From NCBI GenBank assembly GCA_016200665.1, contig JACQEG010000073.1, positions 1-60,602 on the forward strand: 60,602 bases of DNA. Direction: 5' to 3'. Origin of the DNA: Chloroflexota bacterium. Lineage in GTDB: Bacteria; Chloroflexota; Limnocylindria; Limnocylindrales; CSP1-4. The notes under the pieces were generated by a model. The model was not told the origin of the DNA, made no database searches, and was given only the letters and a program-made list of their open reading frames with translations. The translations under genes and the position numbers were made by a program. This document shows, piece by piece, positions 27,467 to 36,861 of the stretch (within the stretch, counting starts at the first letter, position 1; the number at the start of each line of letters is the position of its first letter).

Positions 27467-28786
27467 TTGACGACGCCGGCCGATCCTTCGCGACGGGCGT
27501 TCTTCCGGCGGTTCGCCGGGGACCTCATCGCGTCCGCGGCCGAGGTGACCAAGGTCGTCAACGATCTCCGCGAGCAGTCCGCCTCCGAGGCGTCCACGCT
27601 CCTCCGCGAGGGCGGCGCGTTGCCCGAGGCGGGTGTCGCCGCACCGACCGGCTATCGCAGCCCGTTCCGGTTCGACGATGACGACCTCCTCGTCGTCGAC
27701 CAGCGTCGCCTGCCCGACGCGCTCGTCGAGCTGCCGGTCCGGAGCGCGCCCGAGGGCGCCCAGGCCATCCGCGACCAGGTCGTCCGCGGCGGCCCGGCGA
27801 TCGGCCAGGTCGCGGCGCTCGCGCTGGCCCTGACCGCCCGATCGGTCCGCCTGGCGCAGCCCTACGCCCGCCGCGCGATCCTGTTCGGCGCGACCAACGC
27901 GCTCCGGAACACCCGCACGACGCCGGTCAGCCTCGGCCGGGCCATGGATCGGATGATGACCCGCTATCGCGATGCCGGAGAGCTGTCCGAGGACGGCGAG
28001 GCGATCGCAGCCGCGCTCTGGGACGAGGCGATGGCGCTCGTCGCCGAGGCGACGGCGGCGCACGGCCGGATCGCCGATGCAGGGCTGGCCTTCCTCTCCT
28101 GGCCCGCGGATCGGCCACTCCAGGTCCTGACCCACGGCAACACGGGGCCGCTCTCGTCCGGCCAGTTCGGGACCGCGCTCGGGATCGTCCAGGCTGCCCA
28201 CCACGCCGAGCGCCCGATCCACGTCTGGGTCGCCGAGAGCCGGCCGGACCTGGCCGGCGCGCGGCTGACCGCGTGGGAGCTCGGCCAGAGTGGCGTCGAG
28301 CACACGCTCCTGGCCGACGGGGCCGCCGCGTCGATCATGGCCGACGGCCGGGTCGACCTCGTCCTCGTGGGGGCGGATCGGATCGCCGCCAACGGCGACA
28401 CGGCGAGCGACGTCGGCACCTATCCGCTGGCCGTCCTCGCCGCCCGCCACGGCGTCCCGCTCCACGTCGTGGCCCCGCTCGCCACGGTGGACCTCGCGAC
28501 GGCCGACGGTGCCTCGATCCCGATCGAGGGGCGGGCCGCGGAGGACGTGGCTGCCGTCCGCGGGATCCGGATGGCGCCGCTCGGCACCCACGTCTTCAAC
28601 CCGGCATCCGACGTGACGCCCGCGGACCTCGTGACCGCGTTCATCACCGACGCCGGGGTCCTGCGCCCGCCGTATGCGGCCTCGCTCCGGGCCGCCGTCG
28701 AGGCACGGCCGGGCCCCGGCGTCGCGGGGGCAGAGGCTGGAGCCGAGGCCGGCACGGGTGCCGGCGCCGGCGCGGGCGCCGCCTGA
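27467..28786 (+). CDS. MtnA/eIF2B-like family protein with a degenerate active site and an N-terminal extension
   Basis: DQRRLP, VRGGPAIG, FGTALG, ESRP..GARLTAWEL, VGADRIAANGD, FNPASDVTP match MtnA, but THGN replaces THCN and ASDVG replaces ANKIG. Confidence 0.85.
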   Translation: MTTPADPSRRAFFRRFAGDLIASAAEVTKVVNDLREQSASEASTLLREGGALPEAGVAAPTGYRSPFRFDDDDLLVVDQRRLPDALVELPVRSAPEGAQAIRDQVVRGGPAIGQVAALALALTARSVRLAQPYARRAILFGATNALRNTRTTPVSLGRAMDRMMTRYRDAGELSEDGEAIAAALWDEAMALVAEATAAHGRIADAGLAFLSWPADRPLQVLTHGNTGPLSSGQFGTALGIVQAAHHAERPIHVWVAESRPDLAGARLTAWELGQSGVEHTLLADGAAASIMADGRVDLVLVGADRIAANGDTASDVGTYPLAVLAARHGVPLHVVAPLATVDLATADGASIPIEGRAAEDVAAVRGIRMAPLGTHVFNPASDVTPADLVTAFITDAGVLRPPYAASLRAAVEARPGPGVAGAEAGAEAGTGAGAGAGAA

Positions 28787-28797
28787 CGAGGACGCCG

Positions 28798-29658
28798 ATG
28801 TCGACCGTCGCCATCCGGCGCGCCGAGGCTGGCCCAGTTGCGGCCACGACCCGCGATCGAGCCGTGCTGCGTGAGTTCCTCGAGCGCGACCGGCTCTTCG
28901 CCGCCTACGCGATCTGCGACCTCGACGAGCGGGAGTTCCCCCGCACCCGCTGGGCGCTTTCGCGCCAGGCCGACGAGGTCGTCGCGCTCGGCGTGTCGTA
29001 CGAGGGCAGCTCGCCGCAGCCGCTGCTCGTCATGGGCTCCGACGCCGGCATCCAGTCGATCCTGCGTGACGTCCTGCGGCCGCGGCTCGCCTACATCGCG
29101 GCGCTGCCGTCGAGCCTGCCCGCCGTCGGCCGCCGCTACCACCTCGACCCGGGGCCGGCGATGGTCCGGATGGCGGTGACAGCGGACCGGTTCCGGCCCG
29201 TGGAGGATCCGGGCGTGGAGCGACTGTCGCCCCTCGACACGCCGGAGCTCAACCGCCTCTATCGCCTCGGCTTCGGGTCGTGGCTGCCGAGCCAGGCCGT
29301 CGTCGAGGGCGTCTACTACGGCCTTCGGATCCGGAACCGGCTCGTTGCCGCGGCCGGCACGCACATCGTGAGCCGGGATGCCCGGCTGGCCGTCGTCGGC
29401 AACGTCATGACGGCGGCCGAGTTCCGAGGCCACGGCTACGCGAAGGCGGTCACGGCCGCGGTCACCGCCGAGCTGCTGGGTTTCTGCGACGATGTCGTCC
29501 TCAACGTCCGGGCCGACAACCCACCCGCCCTGAACGCCTATCGCCGGATCGGCTACGTCGAGCACGTCCGATACGAGGAGCGGCTCGCGCGGCGCACGGG
29601 CTCCCTGCTCGGTGAGATCGGGGCGGCGCTCCGCCGCCGCCTCCTACCCGGAGACTGA
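28798..29658 (+). CDS. GNAT family N-acetyltransferase (C-terminal GNAT, N-terminal accessory domain)
   Basis: VGNVMTAAEFRGHGYAKAV acetyl-CoA motif; N..ALNAYRRIGY. Confidence 0.85.
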   Translation: MSTVAIRRAEAGPVAATTRDRAVLREFLERDRLFAAYAICDLDEREFPRTRWALSRQADEVVALGVSYEGSSPQPLLVMGSDAGIQSILRDVLRPRLAYIAALPSSLPAVGRRYHLDPGPAMVRMAVTADRFRPVEDPGVERLSPLDTPELNRLYRLGFGSWLPSQAVVEGVYYGLRIRNRLVAAAGTHIVSRDARLAVVGNVMTAAEFRGHGYAKAVTAAVTAELLGFCDDVVLNVRADNPPALNAYRRIGYVEHVRYEERLARRTGSLLGEIGAALRRRLLPGD

Positions 29659-29684
29659 CCGCCACATGACGACCGCCACATGAC
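29657..29684. repeat. Perfect 14-bp tandem duplication spanning the ahcY start
   Basis: gaccgccacatgac occurs twice, at 29657-29670 and 29671-29684. Confidence 0.9.
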
Positions 29685-30954
29685 GACCGACACGACCGCC
29701 TCGCACGACGTCACGGATCTCGGCCTCGCCGCCGAGGGCCTCCGCCGGATCGAGTGGGCCGAGCGAGAGATGCCCGTCCTCCGGACGATCCGGACCCGCT
29801 TCGAGCGCGAGCGGCCGCTGGCCGGGGTGCGGATCGGGGCGTGCCTGCACGTGACGACCGAGACGGCCAACCTCATGCGAACCCTGGCGGCCGGTGGAGC
29901 CGAGGTCACGCTCGCGGCGTCGAATCCGCTCTCGACCCAGGACGACGTCGCGGCGGCGCTCGTGTCCGAGTTCGGGATCCCGGTCCACGCCCGGCGCGGC
30001 GAGGACCGCGACACCTACTACCGGCATCTGAACGCCGTGGCCGACGCCCACCCCGCGGTGACGATGGACGACGGCTGCGACCTCGTATCGTTGCTGCACC
30101 AGGACCGGCCAGGCCAGGTCCGCGAGGTCACGGGCGGGACCGAGGAGACGACGACCGGCGTCATCCGCCTCCGGGCGATGGCCGCCGACGCGGCCCTCGG
30201 CTATCCGGTCATCGCGGTCAACGAGGCCCAGACCAAGCACCTCTTCGACAACCGCTACGGGACCGGCCAGTCGACACTCGACGGGATCCTCCGGGCGACG
30301 AATCTCCTCATCGCCGGACGGAACGTCGTCATCGCCGGCTACGGCTGGGTCGGTCGAGGGATCGCGATGCGGATGGCCGGCCACGGCGCCCACGTCGCGA
30401 TCGTCGAGGTGGATCCCGTCCGGGCGCTCGAGGCGCTCATGGACGGCTACCAGGTCATGACGGTTGGGACCGCCGCGCCATGGGGCGATCTCTTCATCAC
30501 GGCCACCGGCAACGTCAACGTCTTCCGGCGCGAGCACTTCGCGGCGATGAAGGAGGGCGCCGTCATGGCCAACAGCGGCCACTTCGACGCCGAGCTGGAT
30601 CTCGCCGCGCTGCGCGAGATGGCGGAGGGCCACGTCCGCGACGTGCGCAGGGACGTCCAGGAGTTCGATCTCGGTGGCAAGCGGGTGAATCTCGTGGCCG
30701 AGGGCCGGCTCGTCAACCTCGGCGCGGCGGAGGGCCATCCGGCCGCGGTCATGGACATGAGCTTCGCCAACCAGGCGCTCGCGGTCGAGTACGTGCTCGC
30801 CCACCACGCCGAGCTCGAACACCAGGTCTACGGCGTGCCGGAGGCGATCGATGCGGAGGTCGCCCGATTGAAGCTCGCGGCCTTCGGCATCACGCTCGAC
30901 GCCATGACGCCGGAGCAGGCCGAGTACGTCGCCTCATGGAAGCACGGCACGTGA
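29680..30954 (+). CDS. ahcY: S-adenosyl-L-homocysteine hydrolase (short type)
   Basis: [65 protein letters not shown]. Confidence 0.97.
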   Translation: MTTDTTASHDVTDLGLAAEGLRRIEWAEREMPVLRTIRTRFERERPLAGVRIGACLHVTTETANLMRTLAAGGAEVTLAASNPLSTQDDVAAALVSEFGIPVHARRGEDRDTYYRHLNAVADAHPAVTMDDGCDLVSLLHQDRPGQVREVTGGTEETTTGVIRLRAMAADAALGYPVIAVNEAQTKHLFDNRYGTGQSTLDGILRATNLLIAGRNVVIAGYGWVGRGIAMRMAGHGAHVAIVEVDPVRALEALMDGYQVMTVGTAAPWGDLFITATGNVNVFRREHFAAMKEGAVMANSGHFDAELDLAALREMAEGHVRDVRRDVQEFDLGGKRVNLVAEGRLVNLGAAEGHPAAVMDMSFANQALAVEYVLAHHAELEHQVYGVPEAIDAEVARLKLAAFGITLDAMTPEQAEYVASWKHGT

Positions 30955-31029
30955 TCCGGCCCAGAACCCGGACGGCCCTTGGGCGGTAGTTCGAACAGCC
31001 CCGCGTCTTCGCCCACCAAAGGGAGTGGC

Positions 31030-33018
31030 ATGACACAGCCGGCACGGAAGGTCGCACCGTACGGCGCCTGGGCATCGCCCCTTGCGCTCGATCGCCTCAC
31101 GGAGGGGGTCGTGTTCCTGAGCGAGCCGCGCGCGGCCGATGGCGTGCGCTGGTGGCTCGAGGGCCGGCCCGAGGAGAGCGGCCGCCAGGTCCTCGTCCGG
31201 CGCGACCCGGACGGCACCATCACCCGCCTGACCCCGAACGGCTTCAACGCCCGCTGCCGGGTCCACGAGTACGGCGGCGCGGCGACCCTCATCGTCGGCG
31301 ACCTCGTCATCGTGTCCGACTTCGCGACCGGCCGGCTGAACCGCGTCGTGACCCCGGAGCACCTCCAGCCCTTCACGCCCGAGAAGGCCTGGCGCTTCGC
31401 CGACCTCGAGCCGGACCTGCGGCACGGCCGCCTGATCGCGGTACGCGAGGACCACGAGCCCGAGGTCGTGGACCGCCACGGCGAGTGGGTCAACGAGCTC
31501 GTGACGATCGATCTCGCCACCGGTGCCGTCGCCGTCGTCGATCGAGGCGCCGACTTCTACGCCGCACCGCGGCTGTCACCGGACGGGCGACAGCTGGCCT
31601 ACGTCCGCTGGAATCACCCGAACCTGCCGTGGGATGGCACCGAGCTGCTGCTGGCCGACGTGGCACCCGACGGCACGATCGAGCGCGCTCGGGTCATCGC
31701 CGGCAGCAGTGACGACTGGATCAGCCAGCCCCGCTGGTCCCCGGCCGGTGTGCTCCATTTCGCCGCCGAGCCCGATGGCTGGATGAACCTCTTCCGGCTG
31801 CGGTCGGACGGCACGCCCGAGGCCATCGCCCCGATGGCGGTGGAGTTCGCCGAGCCGGAGTGGCAGTTCGGCAACCACACCTACGACTTCCTGCCGGACG
31901 GCTCGATCCTCGCGGTCGGGCGGAGCGGCGGTCGCGACCGCCTGTACCGCATCGCCCCCGGCGGCGGGGCCACCGGCGGCGGGGCCACCGTCGTCGAGAC
32001 GCCGTTCAGTGAGATCGCCGCGGTGGCGATCGACGGCGGCACCGCGATCGTTCGCGCGGCCGGCCCGACGGAGCCGGGCCAGATCGCCGAGGTCGACCCC
32101 GCCTCCGGTGTGGTCACCGCGCTGCGGGTCGGGACGCCGTTCCGGCCGGATCCGGCCGTCGCCTCGGCGCCGGAGCACATCGAGTTCCCGACGGCGAACG
32201 GCCTGACGGCCCACGCGAATCTCTACCGCCCGCACAACACCGGCTTCGCAGCGCCCCCCGGCGAGCTGCCGCCGCTCATCGTGACGTCCCATGGCGGGCC
32301 GACCTCGTCGGCGTTCTCGGGCTGGGCGACGGGTCTCCAGCTGTTCACGAGCCGGGGCTACGCGGTCGTGGACGTCGACTACGGCGGCAGCACCGGCTAC
32401 GGCCGCGAGTACCGCAAGCGCCTCAACGGCCAGTGGGGGATCGTCGACGTCGAGGACTGCGTCGCGGCCGCCCAATGGCTGGCGGAGCAGGGGATCGTCG
32501 ACGGCGTGCGCCAGGCAGTCCGCGGCGGCAGCGCGAGCGGCTTCACGACCCTCGCCGCGCTGGCCTTCACGGACCAGTTCGATGCGGGCACGACGTACTT
32601 CGGGATCGGCGACCTGCGGGCCTTCGTCAAGGACACCCACAAGTTCGAGTCGCGCTACCTGGAGACGCTCGTCGGACCGTGGCCGGCCGAGCGCCAGCGC
32701 TACCTCGATCGGTCACCGGCGCTCCACGCCGATCGGATCACGGCACCGGTCCTCGTCGAGCAGGGCGCGGAGGACCGCGTCGTGCCGCCGCAGGAGGCCG
32801 AGCGGATCGTCGACGCGTTGTTCGAGCGCCGGGTGCCGCACGCGTACCTGCTGTTCCCCGGCGAGGACCACGGCTTCCGGAGCAGGGACGCGATCATCGC
32901 GTCGTTCTCGGCCGAGCTGTCGTTCTACGCCCAGGTCTTCGGCTTCGAGCCGGCGGACGCCATCGATCGCCTGGAGATCCGGTTCCTCGACGAGTGGCGC
33001 TCGCGGCGCGCGGGCTGA
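31030..33018 (+). CDS. S9 family (prolyl oligopeptidase-like) peptidase
   Basis: N-terminal propeller; HGGPT, nucleophile GGSASG, EDRVVPP and GEDHGF catalytic triad. Confidence 0.92.
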   Translation: MTQPARKVAPYGAWASPLALDRLTEGVVFLSEPRAADGVRWWLEGRPEESGRQVLVRRDPDGTITRLTPNGFNARCRVHEYGGAATLIVGDLVIVSDFATGRLNRVVTPEHLQPFTPEKAWRFADLEPDLRHGRLIAVREDHEPEVVDRHGEWVNELVTIDLATGAVAVVDRGADFYAAPRLSPDGRQLAYVRWNHPNLPWDGTELLLADVAPDGTIERARVIAGSSDDWISQPRWSPAGVLHFAAEPDGWMNLFRLRSDGTPEAIAPMAVEFAEPEWQFGNHTYDFLPDGSILAVGRSGGRDRLYRIAPGGGATGGGATVVETPFSEIAAVAIDGGTAIVRAAGPTEPGQIAEVDPASGVVTALRVGTPFRPDPAVASAPEHIEFPTANGLTAHANLYRPHNTGFAAPPGELPPLIVTSHGGPTSSAFSGWATGLQLFTSRGYAVVDVDYGGSTGYGREYRKRLNGQWGIVDVEDCVAAAQWLAEQGIVDGVRQAVRGGSASGFTTLAALAFTDQFDAGTTYFGIGDLRAFVKDTHKFESRYLETLVGPWPAERQRYLDRSPALHADRITAPVLVEQGAEDRVVPPQEAERIVDALFERRVPHAYLLFPGEDHGFRSRDAIIASFSAELSFYAQVFGFEPADAIDRLEIRFLDEWRSRRAG

Positions 33019-33031
33019 CACGACCCGAGCC

Positions 33032-33664
33032 ATGGGCGGTCCGAGTCCGTCGTACCCGGTGCGGCCGCTGGAGGACCGTCGTGAACGGCCGTGGGGCTTC
33101 CTCGGGCTGATCGGTCTGGTGCTCGCCCTCGCCGTCGCCCTGCTCGTCGGACCGGGGCTCCTCGCGCCGGGCCCATCGGCGCAGCCGAGCGTGGCGCCGT
33201 CCAGCGATCCGCATGTCGTCGTCACCGGCACGCTCGGGACGTTCGCGATCGCGTTCGACTACGCCGGCCAGGCGTTCGTTGTCAGCCGGACCGTCGGGTC
33301 GTCGACCATCGAGCTCGTGCGACAGCCGCTGCCCGCCGACCAGCCCCAGCTGCCGAGTGGCGCACCGATCTTCGGTGTCTCCGAATGGTCGGCGGCCTGC
33401 CCCGGCCTCACCGGCGGCGAGCCGATCCGCATCCTGTTCGGCAGCATGTACCCGCCCAACGACCCGGTCTACCGCGGGCCTGCCGCCGCCTGGACGATCG
33501 CCGAGGACGGGCTGTTCGTCATCGTCCTCGAGCCGGGCCACGTCGACCCCGGTGCCGAGATCCGGCTGGGCACGGCCTCCGGCAGCATCGGCGTCGACGC
33601 GCGTGCCTTCGACTACGCCCTCAACAGCGGCGCGAGCCAGTCCTCGGGCTGCTTCGTGGCGTAG
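33032..33664 (+). CDS. Hypothetical membrane-anchored protein, 210 aa
   Basis: Single N-terminal TM (GFLGLIGLVLALAVALLVG), P/S linker, beta-rich domain with two Cys. Confidence 0.7.
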   Translation: MGGPSPSYPVRPLEDRRERPWGFLGLIGLVLALAVALLVGPGLLAPGPSAQPSVAPSSDPHVVVTGTLGTFAIAFDYAGQAFVVSRTVGSSTIELVRQPLPADQPQLPSGAPIFGVSEWSAACPGLTGGEPIRILFGSMYPPNDPVYRGPAAAWTIAEDGLFVIVLEPGHVDPGAEIRLGTASGSIGVDARAFDYALNSGASQSSGCFVA

Positions 33665-33684
33665 TCTCGCCCCAGGAGGCAGAC

Positions 33685-34116
33685 ATGCAGTGGGTCACCC
33701 GTGAGCACCCGAAGACCGATCGGGTCGCCTGTCCCTGGCTGATCCGGCACTTCATCGATCCGGGGGCGGAGATCGTCTATGTCGCCCGAGATGACGTCCT
33801 GCCATACGCCGAACGGACCGGCGCGACGAGCTTCGATGCGCCGGGCGCGCAGTACACCCATCGCGACGGCAAGTGCTCGTTCGAGGTCCTCGTCGAGGAC
33901 TTCGGGGTGACGGATCCGTCGGTTGTGCTGATGGCCCAGGTCATCCACGGCGCCGACGTCTCGGACGACATCGACGTCACGCCCCAGTCGGCCGGCCTGC
34001 TTGCCATCGCCGACGGCTTCGCGCTCCTCGACGTCGACGACCAGCGCCAGCTGGAGCTCGAGCTCCCGGTCTATGACGCCCTCTACGCCTGGGCGAAGGA
34101 CCAGCTCAGCCGCTGA
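33685..34116 (+). CDS. Chromate-resistance ChrB C-terminal domain protein (ChrF-like)
   Basis: WVTRE.PKTDRVACPWLIRHFIDP.AE, FDAPGA.YTH..GKCSFE, YDALYAW. SD AGGAGG. Confidence 0.88.
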   Translation: MQWVTREHPKTDRVACPWLIRHFIDPGAEIVYVARDDVLPYAERTGATSFDAPGAQYTHRDGKCSFEVLVEDFGVTDPSVVLMAQVIHGADVSDDIDVTPQSAGLLAIADGFALLDVDDQRQLELELPVYDALYAWAKDQLSR

Positions 34117-34154
34117 CCCCGCCTGGCACGCGCGAACGTGGCCCAAGGCACGGG

Positions 34155-34262
34155 TCAGGCTTCGGCGACGACCGCGATCGAGATCCGCACCTCCGCCATG
34201 TCCAGGGGGTGCTTCGCGCCGCTGCCTGGCCTGGGCGGCGCCGAATGCGGCGTGGCGGGCAT
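34155..34262 (-). CDS. Possible small ORF, 35 aa (or 14 aa from ATG 34200)
   Basis: MPATPHSAPPRPGSGAKHPLDMAEVRISIAVVAEA, in the kynU frame just downstream of kynU. The C-terminal half has host-like G/C-ending codons. Confidence 0.3.
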   Translation of the reverse strand: MPATPHSAPPRPGSGAKHPLDMAEVRISIAVVAEA

Positions 34263-34322
34263 TGTGCCAGCGGCAGATCCGGTCCGGATCGACCGCATCG
34301 GATCGACGCTCGGCCCTCGGTG

Positions 34323-35552
34323 CTACGCCGCGAGGAGGCTCCTCAGGGCGGCGAGGCCGCGATGGACGTCCTCGAACGAGGTCGTCAGCGGCGAGAGGCC
34401 GATGCGAATGGAGTCGGGTGCGCGGAAGTCCGGGATGACCTTTTGGGCGATGAGCGCAGACGTGAGCTGGCGCGCGTCGGGGTGGCGGATCGAGAGGTGG
34501 GCACCGCGGCGGGCGGGGTCGCGTGGTGAGCCGAGCGAGCAGCCGAGCGGGGCGAGCCAGGCGTCGAGGAGCTCGATCGCGTAGCTCGTCAGAGAGGTGC
34601 CCTTGGCGCGGATCGCGGCGATGCCGGCCTCGGCGGTCAGCGCGACGCCGGCCTCCGCCGCGGCGAGGGCGATGATCCCGGGCGTCCCGACGAGCCAGCC
34701 GCCGATGCCCGGGCGCCGCTCGAAGCGGGGGCCCATCTCGAACTGGTCGCGCTGGCCGAACCAGCCCTGGATCGGCGGGTGAAGCTCGGCCTGCAGCTCC
34801 CGCCGGACGTAGAGGTAGGCCGGTGCACCCGGACCGCCGTTCAGGTACTTGTAGGTGCAGCCGACGGCGAGGTCGACGCCGTTCGCGGCGAGATCGACGG
34901 GGATCGAGCCGCCGGCGTGCGACAGGTCCCACAGGACGAGCGCCCCGGCATCGCGCGCGGCGGCCGTCGTCGCGGCGATGTCGACGATGGCCGCCGAGCG
35001 GTAGTTGACCGCGGAGAGGATCAGGAGCGCGGTGTCGTCGCGGATCGCCTCGACGATCTGGTCGGTCGCGAGGCCCTCGATCGGGTCCCCGTCGAGCCAG
35101 CGGATCTCGAGGTCTCGCTCCCGTGCCAGGCCCTCGACGACGTAGCGATCGGTCGGGAACTCCGAGCGTTCGACCACGACGACGGGGCGGTCCGGGCGGG
35201 CGTCGAGCGCCGCGCTCGCGAGGCGGTACAGGTTCACGGTCGTCGAGTCCGCGACGGCGACCTCGTCGTCCCGCGCGCCCAGGACGCCGCGGGCGAGCAG
35301 GTCACCCACCCGCAGCGGGTACTCCAGCCAGCCCTCGAACGCCCAGCCGCGGATGAGGGCCTCGGACCACGTCTCGCCCACGCGGCGGATCGCCTCGAGC
35401 GCCGCGCGGGGCGGCCGGCCGAGCGAGTTGCCGTCGAGGTAGACGACCTCGGGATCCGGGATCGAGAAGCGGCCGCGGAAGGCGCGCAGCGGGTCGGCCA
35501 CGTCGAGCTCGCGGGCCCGTTCGAGGAGATCGACGCCTGGTCCGCCGGCCAT
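34323..35552 (-). CDS. kynU: Kynureninase
   Basis: [46 protein letters not shown] (PLP lysine), GWFG, RGAHLS, DFRAPD.IR.G. Confidence 0.93.
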   Translation of the reverse strand: MAGGPGVDLLERARELDVADPLRAFRGRFSIPDPEVVYLDGNSLGRPPRAALEAIRRVGETWSEALIRGWAFEGWLEYPLRVGDLLARGVLGARDDEVAVADSTTVNLYRLASAALDARPDRPVVVVERSEFPTDRYVVEGLARERDLEIRWLDGDPIEGLATDQIVEAIRDDTALLILSAVNYRSAAIVDIAATTAAARDAGALVLWDLSHAGGSIPVDLAANGVDLAVGCTYKYLNGGPGAPAYLYVRRELQAELHPPIQGWFGQRDQFEMGPRFERRPGIGGWLVGTPGIIALAAAEAGVALTAEAGIAAIRAKGTSLTSYAIELLDAWLAPLGCSLGSPRDPARRGAHLSIRHPDARQLTSALIAQKVIPDFRAPDSIRIGLSPLTTSFEDVHRGLAALRSLLAA

Positions 35553-35560
35553 CGATGGGC

Positions 35561-35594
35561 AGTCTAGGGGGCCGCTCCGGCTCGGTGGTAGGCT
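35561..35594. promoter_or_regulatory. Divergent -10 hexamers (TAGACT on minus for kynU, TAGGCT on plus for metK), each 8 nt from its ATG
   Basis: 50-bp intergenic gap with no SD on either side. Confidence 0.55.
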
Positions 35595-35602
35595 CGCCCG
35601 CA

Positions 35603-36826
35603 ATGACCAGCATCGTCGACGCCGCGGAGTACCTGTTCACGTCCGAGTCGGTCACCGAGGGCCACCCGGACAAGATGTGCGACCAGATCAGCGACGCGAT
35701 CCTGGACGCGATCATCCGCGAGGATCCCGACGCCCGGGTGGCCTGCGAGACGGCGACGACGACCGGCCTCGTCGTGGTCCTCGGCGAGATCACGACGACG
35801 ACGTACGTCGACTTCCAGGCGGTCGTCCGGGAGACGGTCCGCGACATCGGCTACACCCGGTCCGACTACGGCTTCGACTACGAGACCTGCGGCACCCTCA
35901 TCTCGGTCAAGGAGCAGTCGCCTGACATCAAGATGGGCGTCGACGCGGCGCTCGAGGTCCGGGGCGAGAAGGTCGCCGTCGAGGAGCTCGGGGCCGGCGA
36001 CCAGGGAATGATGTTCGGCTACGCCTGCCGCGAGACCCCCGAGCTCATGCCGCTGCCGATCGCGCTGGCCCACCGGATGGCGCGCCGCCTGGCGGACGCC
36101 CGCAAGTCGGGCCAGCTGCCGTACCTCCGACCGGACGGCAAGACCCAGATCACCGTCGAGTACGCGAACGGCACGCCCGTCGCGGTCAGGACCGTCGTCG
36201 TCGCGGCGCAGCACGATCCCGACGTCCGGCTCGACCACCTGCGCGACGACCTCATCGAGGCGGTCGTCCTGCCCACGATCCCGCGGAACCTCCGCCCGAA
36301 GGACCCGATCATCCATGTCAACCCGACGGGCCGGTTCGTCGTCGGCGGGCCGATGGGCGACGCCGGGCTGACCGGGCGGAAGATCATCGTCGACTCGTAC
36401 GGCGGGATGGCCCGCCATGGCGGCGGCTGCTTCTCCGGCAAGGACCCGACGAAGGTCGACCGTTCCGGGGCGTATGCCGCGCGGTGGGTCGCCAAGAACG
36501 TCGTCGCGGCCGGCCTCGCCGATCGCTTCGAGCTCGAGATCGCGTACGGGATCGGGATCGCCCACCCCGTGTCGCTGTCGATCGAGACGTTCGGCACGGG
36601 GCACGTCGACGACGAGCTGATCCTGGAGCTCATCAGGCGCCATTTCGACCTGCGGCCGGCGTTCATCATCGCGGCGCTCGATCTCCGCCGGGCGATCTAC
36701 CGCCAGACAGCGACCTACGGCCACTTCGGCCGGCCGGACCTCGACCTGCCGTGGGAGCGGACCGACAAGGCGGCCCTCCTCGCCGCCGAGGCCGGGGTCG
36801 CGCTGCCCGAGCCGCTCGCGGTCTGA
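35603..36826 (+). CDS. metK: S-adenosylmethionine synthetase
   Basis: [61 protein letters not shown]. Confidence 0.98.
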   Translation: MTSIVDAAEYLFTSESVTEGHPDKMCDQISDAILDAIIREDPDARVACETATTTGLVVVLGEITTTTYVDFQAVVRETVRDIGYTRSDYGFDYETCGTLISVKEQSPDIKMGVDAALEVRGEKVAVEELGAGDQGMMFGYACRETPELMPLPIALAHRMARRLADARKSGQLPYLRPDGKTQITVEYANGTPVAVRTVVVAAQHDPDVRLDHLRDDLIEAVVLPTIPRNLRPKDPIIHVNPTGRFVVGGPMGDAGLTGRKIIVDSYGGMARHGGGCFSGKDPTKVDRSGAYAARWVAKNVVAAGLADRFELEIAYGIGIAHPVSLSIETFGTGHVDDELILELIRRHFDLRPAFIIAALDLRRAIYRQTATYGHFGRPDLDLPWERTDKAALLAAEAGVALPEPLAV

Positions 36827-36861
36827 CGCTGCGGGTTTGACCTGGATCCGGCGGTCGCTGG

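Noticed and set aside
27467-27560. Tat export signal (SRRAFF) on the MtnA-like protein
   Set aside because: The twin-arginine-like motif is not followed by a hydrophobic h-region or cleavage site; more likely an amphipathic cytoplasmic helix.
30976-31023. SD-sequestering hairpin upstream of the S9 peptidase (cccttgggcg / cgccc..aaggg)
   Set aside because: Short GC-rich pairing expected by chance, and the 5' arm may lie upstream of the transcription start.
26881-35602. SAM or SAH riboswitch ahead of apt/ahcY or metK
   Set aside because: Intergenic gaps are 21-57 nt and lack recognisable aptamer cores; metK appears leaderless.
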